From Gemmatimonadota bacterium (lineage in GTDB: Bacteria > Gemmatimonadota > Gemmatimonadetes > Longimicrobiales > Gaopeijiaceae), in assembly GCA_034521595.1 (NCBI GenBank), contig JAXHMG010000003.1, forward strand, positions 1,312,001 through 1,376,000: a stretch of 64,000 bases of DNA. The letters are read 5' to 3'. Under the pieces are notes generated by a model. That model was given only the letters and a program-made list of their open reading frames with translations. It was not told where the DNA came from and did no database searches. Shown here one piece after another: positions 1 to 9,719 of this stretch. Positions within the stretch are counted from its first letter, which is position 1; each line of letters begins with the position of its first letter. Made by a program: the position numbers and the translations under genes.

Positions 1-371
1 CGAAGACGGCAAGCCTACCGTCTTCGCTGAGCGTATCCTCGCCCTCGAAACGACTCACGATGGTCGAGCCGTCTTCGAACGTCAGAATCTCGTAGCCGCG
101 ATAGGTTCCCTCACCATTTACGTGGTCCAGCGTCTCGCTCGCGGAAAGCTCGGCAACCTGCCCGTCGTCCAGGAACGCGAGCCCCCTCACCTGCACCATG
201 GTGACCGTGTGGCCCGGAACGTCGCCGACCTCGACGACCGTGACGTCCTCCGGGAGGACATGCCCGACGATGCGTCCCTCGATCGACTGCTGGGCGGCGA
301 GTCGGGACGAGTAGCACGACCGTGAGGAGGACGAGAACTGCCCGCCAGCCGATCGATTGCGATCCGTACAT
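1..371 (-). pseudogene. Exported beta-strand-rich hypothetical protein, frameshifted near 300 and running off the left edge
   Basis: ATG at 371 gives a signal-like N-terminus MYGSQSIGWRAVLVLLTVVLLVP. A second frame continues LAAQQSIEGRIVGHVLPEDVTVVEVGDVPGHTVTMVQVRGLAFLDDG...GTYRGYEILTFEDGSTIVSRFEG open to position 1. The shift could be a sequencing indel. Confidence 0.6.
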
Positions 372-884
372 CAGAGCCTCCAGGAACTGGCCGGCAAGGT
401 CCACTTGCTGCCCGCGCCGAGCGGGTTCAAGCGACGGAGCCATGGACTTCGGTGTTGGAGTCCGAGACCCGGTAGGGCAACGTCGCTCCGGCCCTATCTG
501 GGGCCGCCTTCTCCGACATTGACGTTACGTCGCTCGGTCCTTCCGCGCCACAGGGAGCAGGAGGACGGTGGGAAAGCAGGCGAGAATGAGCATGGTCCGC
601 TCTTCACGCGGCTTCCACACCAATCCCATTCGATCAGCGGCAAACCGCGTTGGGGTTGACACAGTGAGCCACTGACCGATAGCTGTGCAACGCCAGCCGC
701 GCGACGGCGATCGGCCCTGCGAGGCCCGTTTGACAACGACTCACGGAACCGGCACTGTGGCTTTGGGAAGCTCTTCGAGCCACGCCTGGCAAGACCCTAC
801 GCACGGGGCGAGTCGCCGTCCTTCGGTACGGCGTCACCATAGATACGGAGACGGTTTTCTGCCGCCCTTGCCAGGGGTCTATCC

Positions 885-2407
885 ATGTCGGATCTGACGC
901 GTAGGAAGTTCGTTCGCGGGGCCGGTGCTGGCGCCGCCCTTCTGGGATCTCTCCCGTCCTCGAAAGCTGTGCGCCCGCGGATTCGGGCGGCGTGGACATG
1001 GGCGAGGGGTTCACACCGCCCACCGCGGCAGAACTCGAGCAGATCGTGGCTCATATGGGCTTCCAGATGAGCGCCCAGGAGGTGGAGTCCTACCAATTCG
1101 TCCTGACCAGCTTTCTACAGGGCGCCGAGGCCCTGGATGCCGAGGCGGTCCTCCCCGGGCTGAGATATCCCGAGCGGTCGAGCTCATCCCCACCGATGAA
1201 GAGAACCCGCTGGGTGCCTGGTACGTGCGGACCGAGATCGAGGGAGCGTCCGAAGGCCCCCTGGCGAGCCGGACGGTGGCGATCAAGGACAACGTCATGA
1301 TCGCGGACGTTCCGATGATGAACGGCACGTCGATCCTGGAGGGATACGTGCCGGACGTGGATGCGACCATCGTCGAGCGCATCCTGGACGCCGGCGGGCG
1401 CATCACGGGCAAGTCGGTATGCGAAGCGTACTGTCTGTCCGGCGGCAGCCACACGAGCGATCCCGGGCCGGTCCACAATCCTCACCGGCGCGGGTATTCG
1501 GCGGGAGGTTCGTCGTCCGGGAGCGCCGCACTCGTCGCCTCGGGAGCCGTCGACATGGCCATCGGATGCGACCAAGGCGGCTCCATCCGGCATGCCGTCC
1601 GCCGCCTGCGGCGTGTACGGGATGAAGCCGACCCACGGCTTGGTCCCGGACACCGGAATCCTCAGCTTTTATCCCGCTATCGACCACACCGGCCCCATGA
1701 CGGCCTCGGTCGGGGACAATGCCTTGTTCCTCGAAGTGCTCGCCGGGCCCGACGGAATCGATCCACGCCAGGGAGGCGCCAGCGTCCAGCCGTACCGGGA
1801 GGCACTGGGCCGGGGCGTCTCCGGGCTGCGGATCGGCGTGCTCGAAGAAGGGTTCGGCCACACGGGCCTTTCGGAGCCCGAGGTGGATGAGCGTGTGATG
1901 GCAGCGTGTGATCGCTTCCGTGCCCTCGGCGCCAACGTCGAGGAGGTTCTGGTCCCGCTGCACCGACCCCGGCTCCATACGCTGGGGCGCCTTTCCGCGG
2001 TCGCCGAAAACGTGTTCACCATGGACGGCCATGGGGTGGGTGCCAACGGGCTGCACGTGCCCGGGTTCCTGGAGGCCCAAGCCCACTGGCGAGACCGGAG
2101 GGACGACCTACCCCCAACGGTCAAGCTCTTGCTGATCTACCACGAGGTCCTTCGATCTCGGCATGGCTACCGGATGTACGCGCTGGGGGCGAATCGGGTC
2201 AGCAGGCTACGGGCCGCGTACGACCGCGCCCTGGAGTCGGTGGACCTGCTCCTCCTGCCCACGGTTCCGTTCAAGCCGCGCCCCCTGCCCGGGGAGGACG
2301 CCCCACCGGCGGAGCCAGGGCGGACGCCCCGGCATTGTCGGAGACTCCACTGGGGTGCGCTCTTCTCCGTCTGGACCGAGGTAGACTTAACGGCCTCGCC
2401 GGCTTGA
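885..2407 (+). pseudogene. Amidase-signature family amidase with Tat signal; at least 3 frameshifts and C-terminally truncated
   Basis: Pieces lie in consecutive frames: [12 protein letters not shown] (Tat); [12 protein letters not shown]...; VAIKDN...[29 protein letters not shown]; then [19 protein letters not shown]...DHTGPM. Shifts occur near 980, 1180 and 1590. Similarity stops after LLLPTVPFKPRPLP (~2310), and the expected final GLPxGxQ-type segment is missing. Confidence 0.85.
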
Positions 2408-2469
2408 TACCGGCCGCGGAGCCCTGCCCCGGAGTCTTTTCGGTGATAGACAACCGTAGTCCAGCCAGT

Positions 2470-3051
2470 TCAAACATGATCGAACCAACCTTCGTCGATT
2501 TCGACGTCCTCCACGGTTCGGGTCTGAACCTGCACGCCGAGACCCAAGTCCTTGAGCTTATGAACGAGGAGCTCGCCGTCGATCAAGTCGATGGGTGGGG
2601 CACCATCCCTCGTGGCTTCTCTGCGAGCCTCCCGCGTGAACGCGCTGGTGGCGATGATCAGACCCTTATCTGCCCTTCCCATCATGGCCCCTCGGAAGTC
2701 CCGAACGACATCGGGCCCGATGGTTCCGGCGTACCGCTTGCTCTGGAACAGGACGGGAAAACTGATGAGGCCACCGATCCGGATGAGGCCGTGTCCATCG
2801 ATACCACCGTCTCCTGACCGCTTGGTCACTTCGACCTCGATGAATCCCGACTCGCGAAGGACCCGCTGGCAGAGTCGTTCGAAGGCAGTCGGATCCATGG
2901 CCCGAACAATCTCGAGGAGACGCGTCTCCCAGGCGTCGTCTGGCGCATCCGTGTCCTCCTCGACGCCCTCGCGCTCATCGGACGCAGGAGCCGTAAGCTG
3001 TTCAGACCGCACAACGCGGACGATCTCGGGCAGGCCAGCCGGACCCCGCAT
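2470..3051 (-). pseudogene. mrr: Mrr-type restriction endonuclease catalytic domain, lacking the N-terminal Mrr_N domain
   Basis: FERLCQRVL...GF..VEVTKRSGDGGIDG...FQSKRY...IGPDVVRDFRGAMMGRADKGLIIATSAFT...A..PIDLIDG is a typical Mrr_cat. Only the acidic linker remains upstream. Confidence 0.85.
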
Positions 3052-3316
3052 CGGCGAACAAGTCTTGGAAGTAGACTTGGCCTTCGGGATACATGGACTC
3101 TTCTATCGCGCGGCGCACTCGTTCCCGCAGGTCGGGGTCTTGCCCGAGAGCCACCGCAAAGGCCTGTGCAAGCCGCGGCAGTCGGGCACTCATCTCTTCA
3201 ACGCCGCCGACGGTTTCGAACAGGCGAGGCGGTTCAAAGACGGGGGCCGGGCCAGACACGTCGTCGGAACACGCGCCGAGCACCAAGAGCGTGGAGACTG
3301 CCAGGCGTCGACGGGT
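3002..3316 (-). pseudogene. N-terminal fragment of a lipoprotein
   Basis: The frame reads VTRRRLAVSTLLVLGACSDD (lipobox LGAC) followed by a helical segment. No convincing start codon; coding character is lost near 3040, where Mrr linker sequence begins in another frame. Confidence 0.5.
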
Positions 3317-3333
3317 TACTCTTGACCTGCGCC

Positions 3334-3356
3334 CACCACCCCCGACGGCGGTGGTG
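3334..3356 (-). terminator. Hairpin directly downstream of the ttrC-ttrA fusion stop codon
   Basis: CACCACC (3334-3340) and GGTGGTG (3350-3356) form a perfect 7-bp inverted repeat 5 nt after the stop at 3362. There is no U-tract, so termination is uncertain. Confidence 0.4.
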
Positions 3357-3361
3357 CAGCC

Positions 3362-6300
3362 CTACGTCACCTTCTCGATCCGCACCCGGGTGTCCAGGAA
3401 GACCGTCGCCCCTCCGGCGGGATCGACGAGGGGCATGCCCGCGAGCTCTTCGTCGTTTCGGCGCATGGCGTCGTTCACGCTGAACCCCCGGCTGAAGCGA
3501 CGCGGATCGGGGCGCACGGTGTCGCCCTCCGCCACGGGGCTGCTCATGCCGTGGAGGATGGGACTCACGAAGGAGCCGCCGGTCATGACCGATGCCGCGT
3601 CCTGGATCTGGAGGCGGCTGTTGCCCTGTTGCGTGTGCTTGAAGTGATGGGTGCCCGCAATGACCCCCCTGCGGCAACGCGGAGTTCGACGGGCGAATCC
3701 CTCGGAGGAGCCGCTGGGTGAGGAGATGCGCACCCGGTCTCCATCCTCGATGCCCAGCTCGGCCGCGTCGAGGGGGTTCACTTCGATGAAGTTCAGCGGG
3801 TGGATCTCTCCGGCCCAATAGTCGTAGGCGGTGCGCGCCTTGGTGCGCGTGGCCAACCGGAAGGTGACGATCCGGAAGGGATAGTCGGCATCCTCGTCTT
3901 CGATGCGTCGGCCGCGACCGTCCACCGCCGGAAGGTAGGTGGCACCTCCATGGTTCATCCGGCCCGTACCGGGCTGGCGGGTCGTGGCCAGAACCTCGTG
4001 CCAGATCTGGATGCCCACCGTGTCCGTCATACCCATCCCGGCTTTGAAGCGCCCCTGTTCGTCCCAAGCGTTCTCGGGAGGCTCGAAGTATCCACCCCTC
4101 GCCAGGAGGGTGCACACCTGGCGCCATAGGCCGGGTGTCAGCAGGTCCCGGTGCGCGGCCACGGGATAACTCCGTTCGACGTAGGCCACCTCTTCCGGCG
4201 ACGCTTCCGCAACGTTCGTATTCACCGCCAGATTCGCCAGAGCCCGCACGTAGTAGTCCTCCACCTTCTGCAGCGGAACCCGCTGCCCGTCCGGTCCGGG
4301 AATGGCTTCGGGGCCGTACCCCGGCATGTCCAGGCGCTCGGCCACATCGATGAGGAAGGTCTCGAGCAGCATGGGGCGTCCGTCTGGTGTCCGGTCCGTC
4401 AGGGGCTCCACCGCGGGTGTCCGTATCCCGATATGAGGCGCGGGACAGGCGCCCACCATCTGCTGCATGAACCCGTACTGACCGTCCAGGTACATCGCGT
4501 CGGGCACGATGTAGTCCGAGTAGATGCTGGTCTCGCTCACGGTGGTGTCGATGGAGATGAAGAGCGGAACCTTCTCCGGGTCCGTCAGGGTCTCGATGTA
4601 CCGGTTGCCTCCCGGAATGCTCTTGATGGAGTTGATGTAGTAGTTGATGAGAACCTTCGGACGGTACGGGTACCCTGTGGAGAAGGCCGCCGCCGCCTCG
4701 GTGGTGATCCCGGCATGGGTGAGGGGGTACCAGGGCCGCTGGGCGGGATAGGGGTCTTCACCCGCTTCGGCCTTCCTCCGGTACTCCGTGCTGTCCTCAT
4801 ACCGAACCGTGCTTCGGGCTCCGATGCGCGAGACGTGGACGCCCTCCGTGGTGGGCGCTTCCGCCACCTGGCTCAGGTTGAACAGGCCACTCTGCCAGGC
4901 GGGGGCGCTGGCCCTGGTGATGACGCCCCCCTTCCACCCGTAATTTCCGATGAGCGCGTTCAACATCTGGATGGCCAGGCCGCTGTAGACGCCATTGCTG
5001 TGCATGGTGGCGCCCCGGTAGCACGAGGCGGTGGCCGTGCGCCCGTGGCTCGTGAACTCCCTGGCCAGCCGCGCGATGGTGCCGGAGGGGATGCCGCAGA
5101 CCTCGGCCCAGCCCTCGAGAGAGCGCGAGAACGCGTCGTCGCGGAGGATCTGCCAGGCGCTCTTCACCCGCACCCCGTCCACCGTGGTGTCCACGAAGAG
5201 CTCGGCGGCCTGGGTGCTGTTGAACGGGACGGCGCCGGCAGACGTCATCACCATGGGCTCTCCCTCGCGCCGAAGCATCCGGTGGAAGTCGGGATGGCCC
5301 TCCTCGACGACCACCAGGTGGGTGCCGTTCGTCCAGGTGGGGTGTCCGGCGGCGTCGGCGGCCGCACGGCCGGGCCGGCTGATGTAGTCCCGGTCGAACC
5401 GATCGTTCTCCAGAATCCAACGGATCATCCCGAGCGCCAGGGCGGCGTCCGCGCCCGGCTGGATGGGCACCCACTCGTGCGCGTAGTGCCGCCCGTGGGG
5501 CACGTAGGGGTCGATGAGGACGAGCTTGCACTCCTTGTTCGCGTGCCGGTTCGCGAGGATGGGCGCCGACGTGTTCACTCCCGGCTTCCATCCGCCCCCC
5601 AGGTTCACCCCGAAGAACAGCATGTAGCTACTGTGGTTGATGTCTCCAAAGAGTTGGCTCGACGGGCGCGTCTCGCCTTCCCGGTATCGCCCTGTGAGGA
5701 GGTAGTTCGCGACGTACCAGTTCATCTGGCAGAGGTCGGTATGGCTCACGTAGTTGGCGGAGCCGAACGCCCCCATGAAGCGCTCGATGAAGTTCTGTCG
5801 CCCCGGCTGTCCGCGTCCCGTGTTCCAGACGAGGCCATAGGCTTGCGGCCCGAGCTCGGGTTGGGTGGGATCGATGGGATCGAAGTTGCGGACGGCGCGC
5901 AGCCCTTCCACCTCCCTGTCCTCTCCGGCCTCCTCGAACAGGCGCCCGCCCTCCACCACCTCGTCCAACAGCTGACTCCATGAAATGGGCTTGAATTGCC
6001 CGGAGCCCCGGGGTCCGGTGCGCTTGAGCGGGCGACGAATGCGGTACGGATCGTAGAGGTACTGAAGTCCGGAAACCCCTTTCAGGCATAGACTTCCGCT
6101 GGTGCGCAGCGACGCGTCCATCGGTGTCTCGTAGGCAATGGGGTTGTTCATCGTGGAGGCAGGGTGGTACGGGTTTCCGAAAAGGTTCCGGATCCGCCCG
6201 TCCCGGATCACCGCCCGGTTTCCGCATCGAGCGTCACACGACAGACAGATGCTGTGCACCACCGCGTCGGCCTGAGGTGGTGTGGGGCCGGGTACCCGTT

Positions 6301-7582
6301 TCCGGTAGAAGGGGCGAAGAACGGCCCCCAGGGTCGCGTATCCGGACACGGCGGCCAGTCCGGCTCCGGCGGCGAGTCCCACCACACGGCGGCGGTCGAA
6401 GCCCGCGTCGGCCGCTTCCTCGGGGGTGTCCGGTTTCTGGGTGCCCGTTCCGCGTCGCGGCCAGGGAAGGGCGTACCAGAGGAGAAATCCCACCACAAAA
6501 GCCCAGAGGACGAGGCCGGTGGCGGCGAACACGCCTTCGCGGCCCAGCCAATGGAGCGGCTCGAAAATGAATCCCTCACCCGTGCGAGAGATGCTCTGCC
6601 CGCCGATGATGAGGTTCCATCGGCTCATGAACAGCCCGAACAGAGCCAGAAGGCCGCCGGCCGCCCCGAGCGCCCCACTTCCCCTTACGGCGGCCGCACC
6701 CAGCAGGGCCAGGGCCACTGCCCCTCCCACCAGGAGCTCCCCACCCACATACGTGCCCGCGAAGAGGTCGAAGTGGAGCGTGCGCACCGCGGGCCAGATG
6801 AAGTTCTCCACGTAAGCCGCGTGGGCGAGGTCCCAGAGCCGGAGTGAGAGGTGCACGGCCAAAAACGCCGCTCCGCTTCCCGCCAGCAGCCGGGTCAGAT
6901 CCCGCTCCTCTCGCAGGACGGCCGAGAGGCCGGTCAAGACCGACATCCATGCGAAGCCCGACGCCAGGGCTGCAACCCCGAAGAAGACCCCGAGCAGGGG
7001 TGTGTACCAGAGGCCGAAGGAGCGCATGGTGCTGAGGAGGAAGCCCGTGTAGAACACGAAGAGCACGGCCGCGGCCACCGCGGCCAACGCCACCCAGAAC
7101 CGCACTTCGCGCCGGTCCAGCCAGAACGAGCGCTCGGGCGTGTAGCCCCTTGCGGCCAGCCCGTAGAGGCGCCCCAGCCAGTCCTCCCGATGTCCCGCGG
7201 CTTCAGCCAGATACGGGCGGTGGACCAGCCACAGGACCCCGAAGACGAGGGCCGTGAGCACGATGAGGGTCACGCTTCCATACGGCATGGCTGACGGGAG
7301 ATGCGGGGCGAAGAGCACCCGCCACATCCTCAGTGGCTGACCCAGGTCCGCGATGACGGCCAGGGGGATCACCGTGAAGCATGCGGCTGCCGAGACGACC
7401 GCCAGGCGGCGCACCTCCCGAAGGGCTGGACGGTCGAACACCCCGCGCAGCCAGGGCAGAACGCCGATGATGAGGCTTCCGGCGCCCACACCGGAGAGGA
7501 ACATGTACGTGACCACGATGAGCCCCCACCGGACGTGCTCGTTGGGGAGTACGTAGTTCGGATCGAAGACGAGGTAGTCCAT
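3362..7582 (-). CDS. Fusion of a NrfD/TtrC-type membrane anchor and a TtrA-clade molybdopterin oxidoreductase catalytic subunit (1406 aa)
   Basis: N-terminal WGLIVVTYMFLSG...ADLGQPLR...S.M..GS NrfD motifs with about 9 TM helices. Then FDRRRVVG plus a hydrophobic helix, the FS0 motif CLSCDARC...GSLCLKG, YDPYRIRRPLKRTGPRGSG, the Mo-ligand region SHTDLC and a C-terminal molybdopterin-binding domain (NPLDAAELGIEDGDRVRISSP). Confidence 0.92.
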   Translation of the reverse strand: MDYLVFDPNYVLPNEHVRWGLIVVTYMFLSGVGAGSLIIGVLPWLRGVFDRPALREVRRLAVVSAAACFTVIPLAVIADLGQPLRMWRVLFAPHLPSAMPYGSVTLIVLTALVFGVLWLVHRPYLAEAAGHREDWLGRLYGLAARGYTPERSFWLDRREVRFWVALAAVAAAVLFVFYTGFLLSTMRSFGLWYTPLLGVFFGVAALASGFAWMSVLTGLSAVLREERDLTRLLAGSGAAFLAVHLSLRLWDLAHAAYVENFIWPAVRTLHFDLFAGTYVGGELLVGGAVALALLGAAAVRGSGALGAAGGLLALFGLFMSRWNLIIGGQSISRTGEGFIFEPLHWLGREGVFAATGLVLWAFVVGFLLWYALPWPRRGTGTQKPDTPEEAADAGFDRRRVVGLAAGAGLAAVSGYATLGAVLRPFYRKRVPGPTPPQADAVVHSICLSCDARCGNRAVIRDGRIRNLFGNPYHPASTMNNPIAYETPMDASLRTSGSLCLKGVSGLQYLYDPYRIRRPLKRTGPRGSGQFKPISWSQLLDEVVEGGRLFEEAGEDREVEGLRAVRNFDPIDPTQPELGPQAYGLVWNTGRGQPGRQNFIERFMGAFGSANYVSHTDLCQMNWYVANYLLTGRYREGETRPSSQLFGDINHSSYMLFFGVNLGGGWKPGVNTSAPILANRHANKECKLVLIDPYVPHGRHYAHEWVPIQPGADAALALGMIRWILENDRFDRDYISRPGRAAADAAGHPTWTNGTHLVVVEEGHPDFHRMLRREGEPMVMTSAGAVPFNSTQAAELFVDTTVDGVRVKSAWQILRDDAFSRSLEGWAEVCGIPSGTIARLAREFTSHGRTATASCYRGATMHSNGVYSGLAIQMLNALIGNYGWKGGVITRASAPAWQSGLFNLSQVAEAPTTEGVHVSRIGARSTVRYEDSTEYRRKAEAGEDPYPAQRPWYPLTHAGITTEAAAAFSTGYPYRPKVLINYYINSIKSIPGGNRYIETLTDPEKVPLFISIDTTVSETSIYSDYIVPDAMYLDGQYGFMQQMVGACPAPHIGIRTPAVEPLTDRTPDGRPMLLETFLIDVAERLDMPGYGPEAIPGPDGQRVPLQKVEDYYVRALANLAVNTNVAEASPEEVAYVERSYPVAAHRDLLTPGLWRQVCTLLARGGYFEPPENAWDEQGRFKAGMGMTDTVGIQIWHEVLATTRQPGTGRMNHGGATYLPAVDGRGRRIEDEDADYPFRIVTFRLATRTKARTAYDYWAGEIHPLNFIEVNPLDAAELGIEDGDRVRISSPSGSSEGFARRTPRCRRGVIAGTHHFKHTQQGNSRLQIQDAASVMTGGSFVSPILHGMSSPVAEGDTVRPDPRRFSRGFSVNDAMRRNDEELAGMPLVDPAGGATVFLDTRVRIEKVT

Positions 7583-7587
7583 GGTGA

Positions 7588-9498
7588 TCAGCGGTTGAGC
7601 TCGGCGGGCAGGCCGACGTAGTGAACGTTCGGGCCGAGTCCCAGATCGCGCCGCAGCACCTGCGTCGAGCGGTCGCGGAGGTACTGCGATACGGGGCTCT
7701 CGTCATCGTTCAGGTCCCCGAAGATGCGGCACTGCGAGGGGCAGACGTCCACGCAGGCGGGATTCAACCCCTCGTCGATCCGGTGGGCGCAGAAGTTGCA
7801 CTTGTCCGCTGTTCCCCGGGCCGGATTCATGAAGGTGATGCCGTACGGGCAAGCCTGATTGCAGGCCCGGCATCCGATGCAGATATCCGGTTCCAGATCG
7901 ATGATTCCGTCGCCCCGGCGGAAGATGGCTCCGGTGGGGCATGCTCGCAGGCACCCGGGATCGTCACACTGATTGCACAGCTTTGGAAGGAAGTAGGGAC
8001 GTGCATCGGGAAACTCTCCCAGGAGATGCTCCTCGACCCAGTCACGGAACACGCCGAGCGGTACGTCGTTCTCGGCCTTGCAGGCCACGGTGCAGGCATG
8101 GCATCCGATGCATTTCTCGAGATCGATGACCATGCCCAGGCGTCTGGCCTTTGGAGCCGCCGCCGGGCCCCCGGGAGTCTGCGCCGGGGCTCCACCCGCG
8201 GCCAGGGTAGCGAGGGCACTCAGCGCGGTGCCGATGCCCTGCAAAAACGAACGCCGGCCTACGCCGGGCTCGGCGGGGGTGGTTTGTGCGGGTTGCGAGG
8301 AACAGCATGTCTCCGAGGAACAGCCGCACCCTGATTCCGCGGGCCTCGCCACCTGTGGAGCGCTCACGGGCTCGGGCTCTACCACGCCGATGGTACGGCA
8401 GGCCGGGCAACGGTCGATCTGTGCGACTTCGGCCGGGAGATCGCTACGTCCGTCGAGGAGGTTGCGCACCGACCGCAGAAGCCGTTCGGGAAGGTGTGGC
8501 GCCCCGCAGCTCACGCACGCTGCCACCGTGTCTTCCACCAGCGTCTGCGGGGCCAGGAGATCGACGCCGACCGGGAGGCCCGGGGTCAGGGTCAGGACCT
8601 GCTCCGGGCATGCCGCCTCGCATAACCCGCACCCCACGCAAGCGATGGGCTCGAAGGTGAGGCTTCCCTGAGCGGGGTGGAAGGACAGGGCATCGGTCGG
8701 GCAACTCCGGGAGCACGCACCACAGAGGGTGCACCCGTCGGCCTGGATGCTTACCCGCCCGAACGCGGCCTCGGGCACAGGAGCTGAAGGGACAGTCGAT
8801 CCCTGGACGAGCGCCGCGAGCTGCTCCCTTCGCCGGCCTCGGGGAGCGAGGGCTGGCTCGGGTGGAGGGTTCCGTATGGGCAGGGAGTCGGCGAACGCCG
8901 TAAGCTCTATCGCGATCTGCGCGGCGGCCCGGGCCTCCACATAACGGGTGGGCGGTCCTCCGAGGGCCTCGGAGAGGCCGAGGGCATCCTCGATCAGAGC
9001 GGGGGATCCGTGGTGACTGAGGGGCCCACCCACCACGGCGATGCCTGCCACACCCAGGCGCGCCGCATGGAGAAAATGGTTCTCGTTCAGGATGAGGAGG
9101 CTGGGGATGGTCACCCGTGCCACGGGCCCGGACGGCGGGACAAAAGCGCCCAGGGCGGCATCGTGCTCTGTCCCCGCCAGGACCAACAGCGGAGCCGTCG
9201 GGGCCTCGGTGACAGCCTCTTCGAGGAGGCCTATGAGCTCGTCGTCGGGGAGGAAAGCTCGTTCCAGGGCACCGGTGGGGCAGACCCCCGTGCAGGCGCC
9301 GCACCTCTGGCAGAGTCCGCCATCGATGTGGATCACCGTGCCTTCCGGGGTCGCCAACGGCCGCATGGCGAGGTAGGGACAGCTCTCCACGCAGCGGCGG
9401 CATCCGGTCTCCCCATCCTCGCCCGCGGCACAGATGGAGGCGTGGTACTGTGGCGGCGGGAGCGTGAGGAGGGAGCCGGAAAAAGAAGCGGTCGACAT
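7588..9498 (-). CDS. Fusion of an N-terminal polyferredoxin and a TtrB/DmsB-type 4Fe-4S electron-transfer subunit (636 aa)
   Basis: N-terminal CRRCVESCP, CQRCGACTGVCP, CTLCGACSRSCP, CVGCGLCEAACP and CVSC...CPAC. Internal GRRSFLQG Tat motif with h-region and APA-Q site. C-terminal MVIDLEKCIGCHACTVACK...CNQCDDPGCLRACP...CIGCRACNQACP...KCNFC..R. Confidence 0.92.
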   Translation of the reverse strand: MSTASFSGSLLTLPPPQYHASICAAGEDGETGCRRCVESCPYLAMRPLATPEGTVIHIDGGLCQRCGACTGVCPTGALERAFLPDDELIGLLEEAVTEAPTAPLLVLAGTEHDAALGAFVPPSGPVARVTIPSLLILNENHFLHAARLGVAGIAVVGGPLSHHGSPALIEDALGLSEALGGPPTRYVEARAAAQIAIELTAFADSLPIRNPPPEPALAPRGRRREQLAALVQGSTVPSAPVPEAAFGRVSIQADGCTLCGACSRSCPTDALSFHPAQGSLTFEPIACVGCGLCEAACPEQVLTLTPGLPVGVDLLAPQTLVEDTVAACVSCGAPHLPERLLRSVRNLLDGRSDLPAEVAQIDRCPACRTIGVVEPEPVSAPQVARPAESGCGCSSETCCSSQPAQTTPAEPGVGRRSFLQGIGTALSALATLAAGGAPAQTPGGPAAAPKARRLGMVIDLEKCIGCHACTVACKAENDVPLGVFRDWVEEHLLGEFPDARPYFLPKLCNQCDDPGCLRACPTGAIFRRGDGIIDLEPDICIGCRACNQACPYGITFMNPARGTADKCNFCAHRIDEGLNPACVDVCPSQCRIFGDLNDDESPVSQYLRDRSTQVLRRDLGLGPNVHYVGLPAELNR

Positions 9499-9504
9499 AA
9501 TGAC

Positions 9505-9714
9505 CTATAAGGGTGTTGAAGAAGTGGGGCGGGCCGGCCCCGTGCTGCGCACGGGTGCCCCGGGAGCGCCACAGCCCCAGATGCTAGGCGGCACGACGAA
9601 GGCATAGCCATGAGCTACGTCTAGGAGTGCCAACGACGGGGGGCACCCGCGCCGTAAGGCGTGGGTCGGGCTGGGCCCCGGGACCGCCGCCGGGCGCGGC
9701 AGCGGCAGCGTCAT
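9505..9714 (-). CDS. Small hypothetical ORF leading the ttr-like operon
   Basis: GGGGAGGAG lies directly before ATG 9714, and the stop is 6 nt before the next start (9498). No recognisable domain. Confidence 0.35.
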   Translation of the reverse strand: MTLPLPRPAAVPGPSPTHALRRGCPPSLALLDVAHGYAFVVPPSIWGCGAPGAPVRSTGPARPTSSTPL

Positions 9715-9719
9715 AGCTC

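Noticed and set aside
400-880. Small ORFs upstream of the amidase
   Set aside because: No coding signature or motifs; treated as intergenic.
2384-2455. Possible integron attC downstream of mrr (GTTAAGT core on the minus strand)
   Set aside because: The inverse core does not pair well, there is no extended hairpin, and no integrase or second site is present.
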